Assembly: GCA_964016885.1 (NCBI GenBank)
Contig: OZ024742.1
Location: 152,086,001 to 152,150,000 of the forward strand
From: Eledone cirrhosa
Lineage: Eukaryota
DNA: 64,000 nucleotides
Direction of reading: 5' to 3'
The notes under the pieces were generated by a model. The model made no database searches, had not been told where the DNA came from, and was given only the letters and a program-made list of their open reading frames with translations. Within the stretch, counting starts at the first letter, position 1. Every line of letters begins with the position of its first letter. This document shows positions 13,586 through 27,333 of this stretch, in pieces. Made by a program: the position numbers and the translations under genes.

Positions 13586-14176
13586 TTAGGAGTTGGTCCT
13601 TCGAAAACAGCATTTGTAATGTTTCCTCCGAGCATAAGTTACACGGCGTCCTCCCGTGTAAGAGTTATCTTTGGACAGTAAGCTCCAAGTGAGATTGTAG
13701 GTTATATTATTATCTTGGAGGTCCCAGATGTGGCCCGAAAGTGTAGTGGCATCACGCCAGGCCGGGTTTCGGAAAGTATGTCGGTGTAGGTAGAGCCGGG
13801 TCTTGAAGTTACAAGCGGTTAATCCTATATAAGCTTTGTTGGAGGTGTCCGTCCTCACGTTGCACTGGTAGATGAAATTACGATCTCTGCATCTGTTGTT
13901 GAGGTGGAAAAGGGATCTATCAGGAGTGTTAAACCTCCTGGTCGGCTCTCCACTGCTGTCTAGTTTATTTCTTCCATAGGGGTTGAGTTTTTTGTTGTTA
14001 GTGGAGACGATGTTTTGTGCGAAGTTAGATGTGGTGCTGCAGGAGAGTTTGGTGGTGTTTTTGTTGATTATGTTGTGGTAGCGGTGTTGTAGTGGGAAGT
14101 GTTTTTCGATGAGCCAAAATAAGATTTTCCCCATAGGTGTTGTGACCTCGGCATTGTGGGGACGATTGAACCACAT
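13586..14176 (-). pseudogene. Penelope-like RT C-terminus/GIY-YIG endonuclease fragment
   Basis: FIY...YIG motif and FKTR..H..F motif. Frameshifted C-terminus. Confidence 0.8.
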
Positions 14177-14813
14177 TACGTTGCGTGAGCGGTGGTGTCT
14201 ACCTACACCGACATACTTTCCGAAACCCGACCCATCGTCATGCCACTACACTTTCGGGCCACATCTGGGACCTCTAAGATAATAATATAACATACAAACT
14301 CACTGGGAGCTTACTGTCCAGGGCTGTCCGTGTAACTTAAGCTCGGAGGAAATATTACAAATGCTGTTTTAGAGAGACCAACTCCTAAACAAGAAAGACG
14401 AACTGGGAACTGCATGTAAACACAGATTGCGTAGGACTTACCTCACCCTCAAACCCCATAATGACGGTAGACAAGGGCTGAAACACCCCACTTGCCGATT
14501 ATGTAAGGGGTAACCCCTGCTTACAAAGTGTTTTTGTAATGGTGTTTTTGTTTACTCCCTTTCGATTTACCTATTCTTTCACCCCCCCCCCTTCTCCAGT
14601 ACACTTATTTAGACCTTCTATACACTATCCTTAGAATCTGCTGTATAGATTTCACTTTCAACGCTTGACTGGGTTTCCCCCACTCCTTCTTTGTTCTACC
14701 GGCAAGTTCAGCTACTCCAACCGCCCTACAAATGCCATGATGGAATCATCTGTCTTTACAACAAATTTTTGACCAATCCTTTTGACAATTACTATCTTCC
14801 CATATAAGGAATT

Positions 14814-14909
14814 ACCCCCTGAGAAGTTTGGCTATTTATTTACCAGGCTAAGAATTCTTATTTAGTCCAGAATTAGCCGTCGAAACGGCCTGAGCTCTGC
14901 CGTCGGGGT
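14814..14909 (+). ncRNA. Hammerhead ribozyme with C3/A8 mismatch (degenerate)
   Basis: acccc-CTGAGAA-gtttggcta...tagccgtc-GAAA-cggc ctgagctct gccg-TC-ggggt. Confidence 0.55.
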
Positions 14910-14921
14910 CATACTTGTTCC

Positions 14922-14974
<53 letters not shown>

Positions 14975-15071
14975 CCCAATATCACACATCAATCTAAAAC
15001 CACTTTTCATATGTTGATTTAAAACTGCACTATCAACAAGTGTTTTTTAGCCTTCATATCATGTTCTCCTG

Positions 15072-15138
15072 TTTTATCTGATGAAAACACAAATATTATT
15101 GTTTGATGATGTTTGTTTTTGAAATGCGCATAATAAAA
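15072..15138 (+). ncRNA. Type I hammerhead ribozyme (predicted)
   Basis: ttttat-CTGATGA-aaaca...tgttttt-GAAA-tgcgca-TA-ataaaa. A 130-nt tail follows, then (TA)n. Confidence 0.75.
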
Positions 15139-15264
15139 TATATGGAACTCCTTTAACCATCTTTTGATCTTATATTATGCATACTCCAGTCCCACAAACT
15201 GTAGAGTGCTTCTTATCCGATATCTGCATTGCTTTATTGTACTACAATAAAACTCACCTCCTAC

Positions 15265-15329
<65 letters not shown>

Positions 15330-15483
15330 TTATATTTATTTTTATATTTTTAACCGTTGATCAATCAATGATAAACATTGATTGCCACCTAAATTAACTA
15401 TAGGGATATGAAATATACAGAAGCGAAAACCAATCCAAACCAAAAAGTGAGTGTGTTTTATTATTAATTCTGGCAAATATTAT

Positions 15484-15526
<43 letters not shown>

Positions 15527-15530
<4 letters not shown>

Positions 15531-17860
15531 AAACTGGGACGGGAACAAAAACAGAAAGGCAGTACAAACAAAGGTTTATTAGTTTCAGGCTCTTGATAGT
15601 GGGGGGGGGGGGGGGCGTTTCGGGCATGAGCCCTTCTTCAAGAGAAAAGTGGGTGGTAAGAGAGTTCCGAGGGTGTGTGGGCCAGCGGTGGAGAGACATT
15701 TAGAAAAAAGGGGGGAGAGAAAAGGGAGGAAACGGTGGAAGGGGTACAAATAAAAATAAAAATAAACATAAAGATAAACAAGTGGTGGAAGGGTGTGGGG
15801 CGTGTAGGGTGGTGGCGGGTGGAGTAGAGAGAGGGAGGCGGGGGATCCGAGCGGGGAGAGCTGAGGGTGGTGTTTGTGTATGTGTGTAGGTGTACGTGTG
15901 TGTGTGTGTATGTGAATGTGAGAGTTGGGGGAAGAACGAGGTTCCATGTTCAGGAAAAGGTGTGTGTGTGTGGTGGTGTGTAGGTTCGTGTGTGCGTGCG
16001 TGTGATGGAGAGGGGTCAGAAGGCTGGAGGTGGGGTTTTGTGGGTGAGGATTCTGGAGGCTGAATGTGTATATGTGGGGGTACGCACGTGTGTATTGGTG
16101 TTTATACGTGGTGTGGATGTAGGTGGCGTGGTTCGAAAAAAAATTGTGAGTGTATGTCCGTGGGTAAGTTCCTAAGGTAGTTCCGTGGAATGTGCGATGA
16201 GGTGCTGGATATTTTTCATATTATGGAACGAAGACCGGTGGTGTGTAATCCGTTGGTTGTTGTGGTCGGAAGTGGGGAGATGTGAGGTGCGCGAGCAACA
16301 GGAAGTGGTCAGAGGGTCAAGGCAGGATGAAGGGATAGCAGTAGAGGAGAATGACAGGTGGAGAAATGGTCAGTGTGTGGTGAGGACTGTGTGTCTGTGT
16401 GTGCGGAGGTGCGGTGCACAGTGGAGAGGATAGGTAGGTGTGAAAGGTGGGGTGGGGAGGAGGTCAGGTGGGGGATGGGGTGTGTATTAGTAGAGGTGTT
16501 AGTGGGATGTGTGTGTGAGGGGTGTAGGTGGAGCGGGGAGAGTGAGAGGGAGAGAAAAGGTGTTGGGGACAGTGGAGGGAGTGTAGAGTACTGGTGTGTG
16601 TGTGCGTGTTTGGATGAGTGTGTGTGTGGTAAAGGGGTGTTAGTATTACTTGTGTTGGGGAAAGGGTTGAATGCGGGTGTGTAAGTGGGGGTTAGTGTTG
16701 GTTGGGTGTGTGGAGTGGGTGGTGTATGAGGTGTGGGTGTGTGTGTGTGGGAAGGTGTGTGTTCGTGTGTGTGGGGTCGGGTCGATGTTAGTGGTATTAG
16801 TTGTGGGGTGGTTGGAGTGGATGCGTGGGTGAGTGTTAGTGGTGATAGTAGGGTGTGTGGATAGTGTGAGTGCGTGTATATATCTATGTACAGGTGGGTG
16901 GGGGCGCGATAGGGGGATGTGTGTGGAGGTTAGTATTTTTAGTTGGGGGAGGGGGGCAGTGGTAGGGTTGGGGTGTTAGTATTGTTCGTTGTGGCGTGGG
17001 CCAGGGGGGTGGACGGTGAAAAGGAGCAGTGTGTTGGTGGTGTTAGTGGAGGTATGTGTGTGTGGGGAGAAGGGGGTGGGGGGACAGGGCGGTCGAAGGA
17101 TAAACGAATAGGGGTGGGGAGTTCAGGTGGGGGGTGTGTTGGTCTGTAGGGTGAAGATGGTGAGTTGTTCGACCGTGAGGCGTGTGGCGGTTGTTCCGTG
17201 GCATTGGAGTAGGCCACAGACTGTGAGGTGGTGGGCGGAATGTCCAGGGGAACGAAAGTGGCGTGCGATGGGGGAACTCCCGTCGAGACGAATATCCCGG
17301 AGGTGTTCAGTGAAACGGTCCGCCAGGCGACGTCCAGTCTGTCCGACGTAGGTTACGCTGCACCCGGTGCAGCGAAGTTCGTAGACTAGGTTGGAGGAGG
17401 TGCAGCGGAAGGCGTTCCGGACAGATAGTGGCCGTTGGGACCCTGGAGGTTGGTGGTGTTACTGACGTGGGAGCAGGTGTGGTAATGAGGCCTGGAACAG
17501 GGAAGGGAACCGGGGGGTGGAAGAAGATCGTGGGTTGGGAGGTAGGGAGCTGCGGACGAGGAGGGTGCGGAGATTGCGTGCGCGTTTGAAGGAGGGGAGA
17601 GGTGGGGATGGGAAGATGTGGGAAGTGGAGGGTTCGGACTGGAGCCGTCGGAAGAGGCGGAGGATGGTGCGATGGAGGGGTAGAGTGGAGGAGTGGTAAG
17701 TAATGGGGAAGGGGATACGGTGGGTGGGTGTGCAGTGGCGTGGGGTGAGGGTGGTGGAGCGGTGGACAGCACGGGCGCGAGTGAGGGCGGTGTGGACGAG
17801 GAAGGTGAGTGTAACCTCCGCGGATGAAATGGCTGACTAGGGAAACCGTGAAACCTAGAC
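15527..17860 (-). mobile_element. 5'-truncated Penelope-like element (Neptune-type) with GIY-YIG domain and long CA-rich 3' region
   Basis: 17140-17500 minus: CSRPHYHTCSHV...AFRCTSSNLVYELRCTGCSVTYVGQTGRRLADRFTEHLRDIRLD...IARHF. Terminal motif TTGAAGAAgggctcatgcccGAAAcg at 15616-15641. Ends at (TA)n. Confidence 0.85.
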
Positions 17861-18404
17861 ACCTGGTTGACTGGTGTCGATCATCTACGATCTGTGGCAA
17901 AGATACTGGGTGCATCACCATTAAGAATACCAAGTAGGACGCGATGTATTAGCCATTCCACCTCGGAAGGTTGCTTACCAATTCTGGATGATCTCTCGAT
18001 TTGATGAAAGATGCCTTAATACATAACATAATGTTTCTTTTTTCCAATCACCTCACAACACCAGTCCCTTAAACGCAGAGCCTGTATTCTCTTCAATCCT
18101 TTTACCTAGATCTCATGCTTTCCAAACATATTTTTACCAATTAACCTTCTGACACAAACCAAACCAAGCCAATCTGCCAGTCTCTATGTGTATGTTCTTC
18201 TGGTTTTATAATTTCACAAATTTTTACCAATAGAGAGAGAGAGTCGGTTTCTAACATAGACACAAGACTCTCTCATTGGAATTTACACAACATCAACTAG
18301 GTAGATTATGTATGCATGTAAATATGGATGTTATTGTATGTGTGGATGTGTATGTTTTGAGTTGTATGTCTGCATATGTATCCGTACATGTGTATTTGCA
18401 GTTA

Positions 18405-21400
18405 TTAGATGCAAAATGTTTGGAATGTTTTACATATTTTTACTGTTCCATTAATGGATTGTACTTGTAATTTCCTAACTAGTTGTGTTCTTTCTGTTCC
18501 TGTGAAGCCTAGCTTCTCAAGATTTGTATTGAGGCAGTTACTAACATACCCCAGTGCCCCAATAATCACGGGCATAAATCTGAAAGTGTAATCAGGGTGT
18601 AGTATCTGCAGATTTCTCATCAGTTCTGCATAAATATTCTCCTTTTCGCTAATCTTTAATATTATATTGGCATCTGCTGAGCAGCTGATTTCCACTACTG
18701 TGCATGCTTTCTTTTCCATGTCCCATATCATAATATCTGGTCTGTTATGCCTTCATTTTATTGGGGTTTTTACTGGAACATTCCACGAGTACTCTTTCAT
18801 ATTATGTATATGGATGTCTTCCACATTGCTTTTAATGTGTTTATTGTCGGGGCTATCTTTTCTACGGATTGCATTGTACAGTGTTTTGGCCACTACATCA
18901 TGCCTGATAGGTAGATAGCACCGCGATGACATCTTTGGACAGCTGCTAATGACATGGCTGACATCTTCGATGTTAATTCTGCAGAGTCTGCACTTGTTAT
19001 CACATCTAGGTGTTTTGCCTGCATGCTCTCTCTTTTGTGAATCAGGTATTTCGTGTTAATTTCCTGTTCATGGATTGCAAAAGCGTATCCTACAAAGTGG
19101 GAGCCAATATAGCGGTTGTTGGTCCATGATAGTCTATTTTCCTTATCTATATTACTCTTACTTGGAGCTTCCTCGCAACATATCCATGCATGATTTTTTG
19201 CTGATAAGCATGCAGTTTTTCATCCATGGATTCACTGCGATACTGCTGAATGATTTCCCTGGGTGTGAGTTTTTGATTATCACACAGGCAATATGTCTCG
19301 AGGAGTTCTTTCCCAACTCTCATAATATTTTCTGTTTCATGCAGATTTGGTTTGATTTGGACTTGCTCGAGAGACGGGCTCCTACGCGTTACGGTTCGTA
19401 GATGTTGTCGGAGGGATATGATGCAACATTCAAATGCTGTCTGGACTGATGTTAGGCCTCTTTCTCCCTGCTTACGTTTCAAGTAAAGGCGGTGTATGTC
19501 ACTGTCTGTTGATGTGGAAATTTCCGGTGTTGTTTAGTATTTTTCGAGTTCTAACATCAACTGCTCGGATTTCGTCTATCGTCCAATTGAGTATTCCAAA
19601 CGTTGGTGTTAGGACAGTCACAGCAAACACATTGTGAACCACTGTTTTGTTTTGTGCAGAGAGTTCAGATGACCAAATCTTTCTTAATCGGGTGTAGTTT
19701 TCCCTGGTTACGCGTTCCTTATTACAGATACCATTATAGGATATGTTCTCATCTATCTCCAGGTATCTGTAGCAGTCCTCATCAGAAATCGGTGAAACAG
19801 TTAGGCCATTGATGACAATGTTACTAGATTGGGTTGTTGTTTTTCACCGCTTTATATGAGCATTTATCTTGGCCAAATTCCATTCCTATATTTTTCTTCA
19901 TCCCATCCATGTTCATATCATCCACAAAGAAATTATGGGTTGGGTTCGTATTTCTTTCCTCCTGTGAGCCAATGATGTATCCTTCACATTTCTTAAGCAG
20001 AAAGGACAAGGGGTTTAATGACAGAATGAATAATATCACAGAGAGACTGTCTCCCTGAAATATACCCCTGGGATATTTTATTTTATCAGTGAAATTAGAG
20101 TCCTCCTTCTCTGTCTTTAACCTTAGGATAGTAGCCCAAGAAGTAGACAGCTCTGATAATAATGTCTGGGACTTTAGCAAGCTGGACGGCCTCTATCATC
20201 CAAGAGTGGGGAACAGAATCGAAATTTTTCCTGTAGTCCAGCCAGACTCTAGCCATATTCCTCTCAAGTTGTCGCACCTCCGACATCGCAGTTTTGTTGA
20301 TTAGGAGGTGTTCAGCACATCTCCAAACCTCCTTCTTTCCAGCTGCTTGTTCATCTGTGATGATGTTATTATATTCACAGTGATCTTGGAGGAATGTGTT
20401 CCGGCAGGCTGTATACACCTTATACATCAGGTTCTGGCATGCAATGGGTCAGTATTTTTTGACAGGTGGGTGTCTTTGTTTTTGGGGACCAGTAATGTTT
20501 GTGCTAATGTCAACCATTCTGGTATAAGTGTATCTCCCTTAATAACTTGTTGGTAGAGGTCATTAAGATACCTCCGATAGAATATCAGTTTTTTGTACCA
20601 GTAGCCGACAATCATGTCTCTTTCTGGTGTTTTCTTATCTTGGAGTTTTCCTATCACAGTCTCCAGGATACCCTCACTTATTTCGTATGTTTTTGTTGTG
20701 GTGTAGGAGCAATAGTTCTTTCGGATTTCTTTTAGCCACACTGCATCTTGGTTCTTTTCACCCCATATTTTTCTCCAAAAGGAATCTGTCTTTCTGGGCC
20801 TTAGTGACACTTATTATTTTGCCCTTCATATCTCTATAGACTGATGTTTCTTTCATCTACCTTCCTTAGGTATCGGCATTTTTCGCTAACAGCTCTCAAT
20901 TCTTGTTTGAGGGTGATCAGCTTATATTGAAGAGTTCTGGTTCTACTGTTACCAAACATTGTCTCTATTTTATTTTTCACTCTTTGTTGGCGAGGAGTGA
21001 GTTTTTTTGTGTTTGTTTGCATGTAAGGAGCATTGTCACATATCCAATGGTTTTTCGTAGGTCAGCAATCTTTTTTCCTATTTTAGTTATATATGATGGT
21101 ATTTTTGGGGTGTTTTGTTCTCGTTAATATCTCCGTTATCACCAAGATAATTCACTGTCTAAGGCATATAAACAGGCGTTGCTAAGGCATATAAACAGGC
21201 GTTGATTTGCCAAAATGTTGGGGTTTTTATCCGTCGTAAATATTCATCCCCTATTTCGCCAATAACACGTAATATTTCATTATTTGTTTTTTATTTTTAT
21301 TAAATATTGTCGTTTTAATACGTTCAGCAAGAGAGATATTTATACATGAATTAATTTCTCTCTGGAAGATTTCGTTGAAGGAAATTTTGAATTGCTTATA

Positions 21401-21990
21401 ATTTTGATTATTATCATTATTGATAGTATTTTCCACAATAGTCGAGGTATATTCGGATGGTACACGTGGTGTCACATTTCTTCGATTATTATTATCATTT
21501 CTTCGATTATTATTATTATCGATAGGTTTTTCCCCAGCATTCGAAGTAGACTTAGATGGTACACGTGGGGTCAAGTTTCTTACAGGCATAGTTGTTTCAG
21601 GGAAGTCTAGTAGCATGGCGACCTGTAGCACGTGCTGTTGATCCCATGTTTGTTGTGGGGGACTTACAATTAATAATATTTATCTTATTTTTACGCTCAA
21701 CAAACGTCGCTTGTTGTTTGCGTAATTGTTTCGCTGTGAAATAATTTAGCTCTGGGTGCATTTCGTCCCAGTGTAGCTTCATTCTGTTCATATAGCCAAT
21801 GGAGGGATTGTTTTTTGCCATTTTATAACAATTAAATAAATCATCATTAAGTTCGCAACTCCAAGAGAAATGCTATTTATAATTTCGGTTTCTTCTGTAG
21901 CTACAACTGAATAAATGTTGTTTGCCTTTCTCGTTGTTTATCTTCGGTACTTCCTTAATGTTGTTGCTGTTGATGTTGTGTTCAGCCATG
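18405..21990 (-). pseudogene. Decayed R4/Dong-type non-LTR retrotransposon (RT plus restriction-like endonuclease), distinct family
   Basis: Fragments GYMNRMKLHWDEMHP, WLDYRKNFDSVPHSW, GIFQGDSLSVILFILSLNPLS, HNFFVDD, CRLC...HVISSC, NRPDIMIWD...VEISC, PVIIGALG. Many stops and frameshifts. Confidence 0.9.
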
Positions 21991-22206
21991 CTGTTTGTAG
22001 CATATCCTTGTAAAATGAATTATGTATTTAGTCGGATATCTCTACGAATTCGAATAAAAGGTGTCTTCAGTCGATATAGTTAGAAGAATAACCAGTTATT
22101 CAACATGACTGTACTTGTTGAATTACTGACGGAAATAGTATTCATCTTATATTTAATAAATAGTCTCCCACGCCAAAATATGCGACTGATCGCGTTGACT
22201 GTGTAT

Positions 22207-22238
<32 letters not shown>

Positions 22239-22322
22239 TGTATGTATGTATGTATGTATGTATGTATGTATGTATGTATGTATGTATGTATGTATGTATG
22301 TATGTATGTATGATATATACAT

Positions 22323-22354
<32 letters not shown>

Positions 22355-22643
22355 GTATATATGTGTGTGTGTGAGTGTGTGCGTGTGTGGTAAAGAACCC
22401 CTTGAGTCACGAATGTCCATGGGATTTGGACCTAGAAAATTCCCCTCCGAAGCATAAGTCGGAGCAAGGTTGTTTTTTTGTGGCGGACCAGCAGTCGCCC
22501 ATGCATACCAGATTACCCTCTCGACCCACACATACACACACAAGCACACACACACACGCCCGTGTATATATATACATATATATATGACTTCTTCAGGACT
22601 AGAACTATTTTATTCATATGTAATATCTCGTTCCATGTATAAA

Positions 22644-22735
<92 letters not shown>

Positions 22736-22762
22736 ACACACACACACACACAAACACACACA

Positions 22763-22837
<75 letters not shown>

Positions 22838-22940
22838 TTATTAAAATAGATGAATATTTGGTCTACGATTCTTATATATTTGTTATATATTTTTCCTCAT
22901 CGAGCCCTCTTTGCAATTTAGTCTTCAAATTTATTATTAT

Positions 22941-23051
<111 letters not shown>

Positions 23052-24002
23052 TACACATATAAAGCAACGAGAGGGGCGTCACTAATAATAGATCAATATA
23101 CATTAGTTGGCCTAGACTTCATTATTCTGCGGTACAACATTTGACCTTTCTACTAGACTACTTTGGGAGAAGTATTAAAAAAAAAGAAAAAATTAAGAAT
23201 ACAGACAGAATGATATAATCGTTGAGAAACTAAACTCAAAGAAAAAGGGTGACAGCGTTTAATTATAGCTGAACTAAAGGAATGTCTTCATTGAAATTGA
23301 TTGATCCTGGAGAATTAAAGTATAGAGTCATATTGTCTCTGTCATAGCTGCTCTTTTATATTCGTCTAGATAGAGGTCAATGGTCAAAGAGAGACTTTCT
23401 TATTGTGATCATTGTTTCTTACTACATAACTATAATAAACAATAATGTATAGTAGATTGTTCTCGTTTTCAAATTTGCCCGGCTTACAAATTTTGACGTT
23501 GATTCTCTGTAAGACGACATTTACTTTTATCGTCTAGGTTTCGTATTGATTGTAAATTTCTCTTTAAGGCATATTAATTCTTAATTTATAATGACCGGGA
23601 ATCGGATTAGGTGACATTTTATGCCTTTTTACAAGGGTATTACAGATGTAATTGACATAAATGTGTTTCTCCTTGTAATCAAATGCGACTGGAGCTAGAG
23701 TTCGCATTTCGCTCTATGATATTTTGGTATCAATCAAGCCTTGACCGATTTATTTAAGAGGTTTTGCTAACCGAGTTGCATACGCCATATCACACCCATC
23801 AATAGATTGAAATTGTGTTATCAGATCTACTTGTGCACGTTGTATTGAAATTAAATGCTGTCTTATCTTTTTTCTATATGGGTTAATTAAGACATGATGT
23901 ATGTTATTTGGTTCAAATAAATCATTTCTCCTTCAAAGTCATTATCAAGCTATCTAGGAATCTATATATTTCCTCCTTACACACACACACACAAACACAC
24001 AG

Positions 24003-24077
<75 letters not shown>

Positions 24078-24081
<4 letters not shown>

Positions 24082-24470
24082 ACGAAAATAAATAAATAAT
24101 ATATTATCTATATATATAAAGTTGTAGTGTCTGTCTGTGTGTTTGTTCACAAAGAATAGAGCATGAGAAAATGTTATAAAAAGTACAAAACGTTTAATAT
24201 TAAAGCAGAAAACTGTTTAAAGCTATTGCATTATTTTAGTTCTTTTTTATCTTATATTTTGGATATGTACATACCATTTTTTTTTCAATAATCTATAGCT
24301 TGTTTAGCTTATACGTAAATCCCACTCTGTATAAACATAATAAAAAACTGGATAGTGTGTGTAACGCACATGGTTCCCGAACTTAGCGTGTCTCGCACAC
24401 TCACGCCACTAACGATAGCAGCCGAGTAAACTCGACATTTGAATTAGCTCGACGAATTAACGGAGCTGAA
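24078..24470 (-). repeat. Inverted duplicate of 29239-29660 (hAT left end plus flank)
   Basis: Base-by-base reverse complement except for loss of the gggccccgac...ccccgaaaaa segment. Confidence 0.9.
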
Positions 24471-24641
24471 TATATATATATATATGTATACGTATATATA
24501 TATGTATATGTATATATATCTGTATATAAGTTGAAAAAAATGAAAACGAAATTTCATTTCTCACTCTTAGTATGGCACTTACTTAAATGTAAGTATGCAT
24601 GTATACGTACATACATATATGTATACAGACGTACAGTAGCA

Positions 24642-24675
<34 letters not shown>

Positions 24676-24731
24676 TGCTACTGTACGTCTGTATACATAT
24701 ATGTATGTACGTATACATACATACTTACATA

Positions 24732-24914
<183 letters not shown>

Positions 24915-24980
24915 GAAAAGTATAGAAATGCTTGTACCAAGAATCAAGAAATATTCCATTATATATATATATATATATAT

Positions 24981-25600
24981 GAAAAAATGGGGAGAAGAAT
25001 ACTGCTAGTTGCACATGGATAACATGTTATGAAATGAGTCCCTCATCAGTGATTTGCCAACGATCATAGATATTTCATTGCATTAAAAATCATATACCTC
25101 ACGTTGGTGCAATAATAACTAAATTAAGTTATTAGGACAATTAAAACGCGTAAAGCGAGTGAGACAAGTAAACAACATAGAGAAAAGCTAACCGTAGATA
25201 GGAAGAGGCACAAGCTACATAGTTATTCTATCAGCATAAGCTGGGTGAATATATGAGCGCGTAGAAAATAGACCTTTCGAGATGAATCCAATGTAAGAAA
25301 GAAGGAAATTGTTTTCGTCGTGAACGGGGTGAAGTGAGAAGGGGAGAAACAGTGAGTGAGTGAGTGGAAGTGTGAGGATGAGGTCAGTAGAGAGAAAGTG
25401 TTATGTATATATACACAGTTCAAGAGTAACCAATCTTAAAGAGAGAGATGGAGATAGGAGAGGAGATATGAGAAGAGAGATTGGTGAATTTGTTAGAAGC
25501 CAAAGCGTAAAGGCATGTGCTCAATGTGCAATATGCAGTAGAAAGCAGCTAGGTGGCTGGGACCATGCAGATGTTAGGTGCGCAGAGCTGGAAATATTCA
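24981..25600 (-). mobile_element. Diverged relative of the 4230-4925 element
   Basis: Shares the taacttaatttagttat palindrome, a CTGATGA motif and the ctcacacttYcactcactcact body. Confidence 0.5.
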
Positions 25601-25624
25601 TTAGTTAAGCAAAAGAAGACCCCA

Positions 25625-26247
25625 AATTTCACAAGGAAGACATTATTAAAACATTGTCAACATATTTTAGTTTGATGTAAGGAATGTAGAGAATAATAAT
25701 AATAATAATATTAATAATAATAATGTCCGTTTACAATTGTTTCGCTACTCCATATGATATTTCTGGATCAGATGACTATATATCATAATTGATCTGGTTC
25801 AGTTGAAAATAATTAACATATTTAAAAGACAGAGCGGCTCATCGGAACTTCAAAGGAATATAAATTAAAATAATGAGAGAATGTTACATAATATACTGTT
25901 CCATATATTGGTTTTCACTATGGTGTCTTGGTTGCATCAGTTGTCAGCCATAGTGAAAATCAATATATGGAACAGTATATTATGTAACATTCTCTCATTA
26001 TTTTAATTTATATTCCTTTGAAGTTCTGATAAGCTTTTAAATATGTTAATTATTTTCAACTGAACCAGATCAATTATGATATATAGTCATCTGATCCAGA
26101 AATATTATATGGAGTAGCGAAACAATTGTAAACGGACATTACTATTATTAATATTATTATTATTATTATTATTATTATTCTCTACATTCCTTACGTCAAA
26201 TTAAAAGATGTTGACAATCTTTTAATAATGTCTTCCTTGTGAAATTT
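25625..26247. mobile_element. Fold-back pLTR module with ~300-bp arms and 24-nt spacer
   Basis: 25625-25923 is the reverse complement of 25948-26247. Confidence 0.85.
25729..25848 (-). ncRNA. Hammerhead-like motif with long helix II and CCGAUGA core
   Basis: gtt-CCGATGA-gccgctc...(~85 nt)...gagtagc-GAAA-caattg-TA-aac. Confidence 0.55.
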
Positions 26248-26274
26248 GTGGTCTTGTTTTGCCTAACTAATAAA

Positions 26275-26320
<46 letters not shown>

Positions 26321-26331
26321 TATATAGAGAG

Positions 26332-27262
26332 AAAAGATGAATATAAAATGAATGTGCTTTTATAAAGGAATTTATTAGGCATTGACATATGTTTCTGTAA
26401 CAGACGGAATACCTATGTATCGCTGCTTGCGTAATCATATAATGTTAGCAGGTATTCGATAGCAAATGTATAATTAGTTGTCACTTCTTCAGAGATATTG
26501 GATAAATTGGAAAAAATCAGAAAAATTAACCATCGCTTGAAATATACACTTTCATATTACAAACGCTACCAGGATTGAACGCCTGTCACCATCTCCGTTT
26601 GATTGTCAAAATACATATTCAATGAATATGTATTTTGACAATAAACGGAGATGGTGACAGGCGTTCAATCCTGGTAGCGTTTATGAATATGTATTTTGAC
26701 AATCAAACGGAGAGGGTGACAGGCGTTCAATCCTGTTAGCGTTTGTAATATGAAAGTGTAGATTTCAAGCGATGGTTAATTTTTCTGATTTTTTCCAATT
26801 TATCCAATATCTCTGAAGAAGTGACAACTGATTATACATTTGCTATCGAATACTTGTGGATTGGCACTATCGGTAGAGGGTCGGACGCCATGCTTTGACG
26901 CTTAGAGTTACGGAACTTGCCATTCTGAGTTCAAATCCCGCCGAGGTTAACTTTGCCTTTTATCCTTACGGGGTCGATAAAATAAAGTACCAGTAATGAA
27001 CTGAGTATTTGCTGGCCTTGTGCCAAAAGTAGAAACAAGTATATGATTACGCAAGCAGCGATACATAGGTATTCCGTCTGTTACAGAAACATATGACAAT
27101 ACCTAATAAATTCCTTTATAAAAGCACATTCATTTTATATTCATCTTTTCTACATTTTCTCCGGAATATAATTTATACTCGTAGAGAAAACCTACACGTA
27201 CGCTGTTCATCTCTAACGTGACGATATATTATCACTACATTATTGATAACTTGAAATTTTTA

Positions 27263-27265
<3 letters not shown>
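26332..27265. mobile_element. Fold-back pLTR module with ~290-bp arms, internal 61-bp duplication, SINE insertion and one-sided tail
   Basis: Centre atacatattca-a-tgaatatgtat at ~26621. Minus-strand CTGAAGA-agtgaca...tgttaca-GAAA-catatg-TC at 26381-26498. Confidence 0.85.
26858..27038 (+). mobile_element. SINE family A inserted in the right palindrome arm
   Basis: Matches 7486-7670 and is absent from the left arm. Confidence 0.9.
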
Positions 27266-27317
<52 letters not shown>

Positions 27318-27333
27318 ATATATATATATATAT

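Larger units (their letters stand above)
12571..14922 (-). mobile_element. Naiad-type Penelope-like element with inverted partial duplicate
   Basis: ORF 13586-14176: WFNRPHNAEVTTPMGK...KHFP...NKNTTKLSCS...FIYQCNV...YIGLT...FKTR...TTLSGHIW. Inverted arms 13452-13790/14208-14528 and 12650-12830/14751-14922. TA flanks. Confidence 0.85.
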
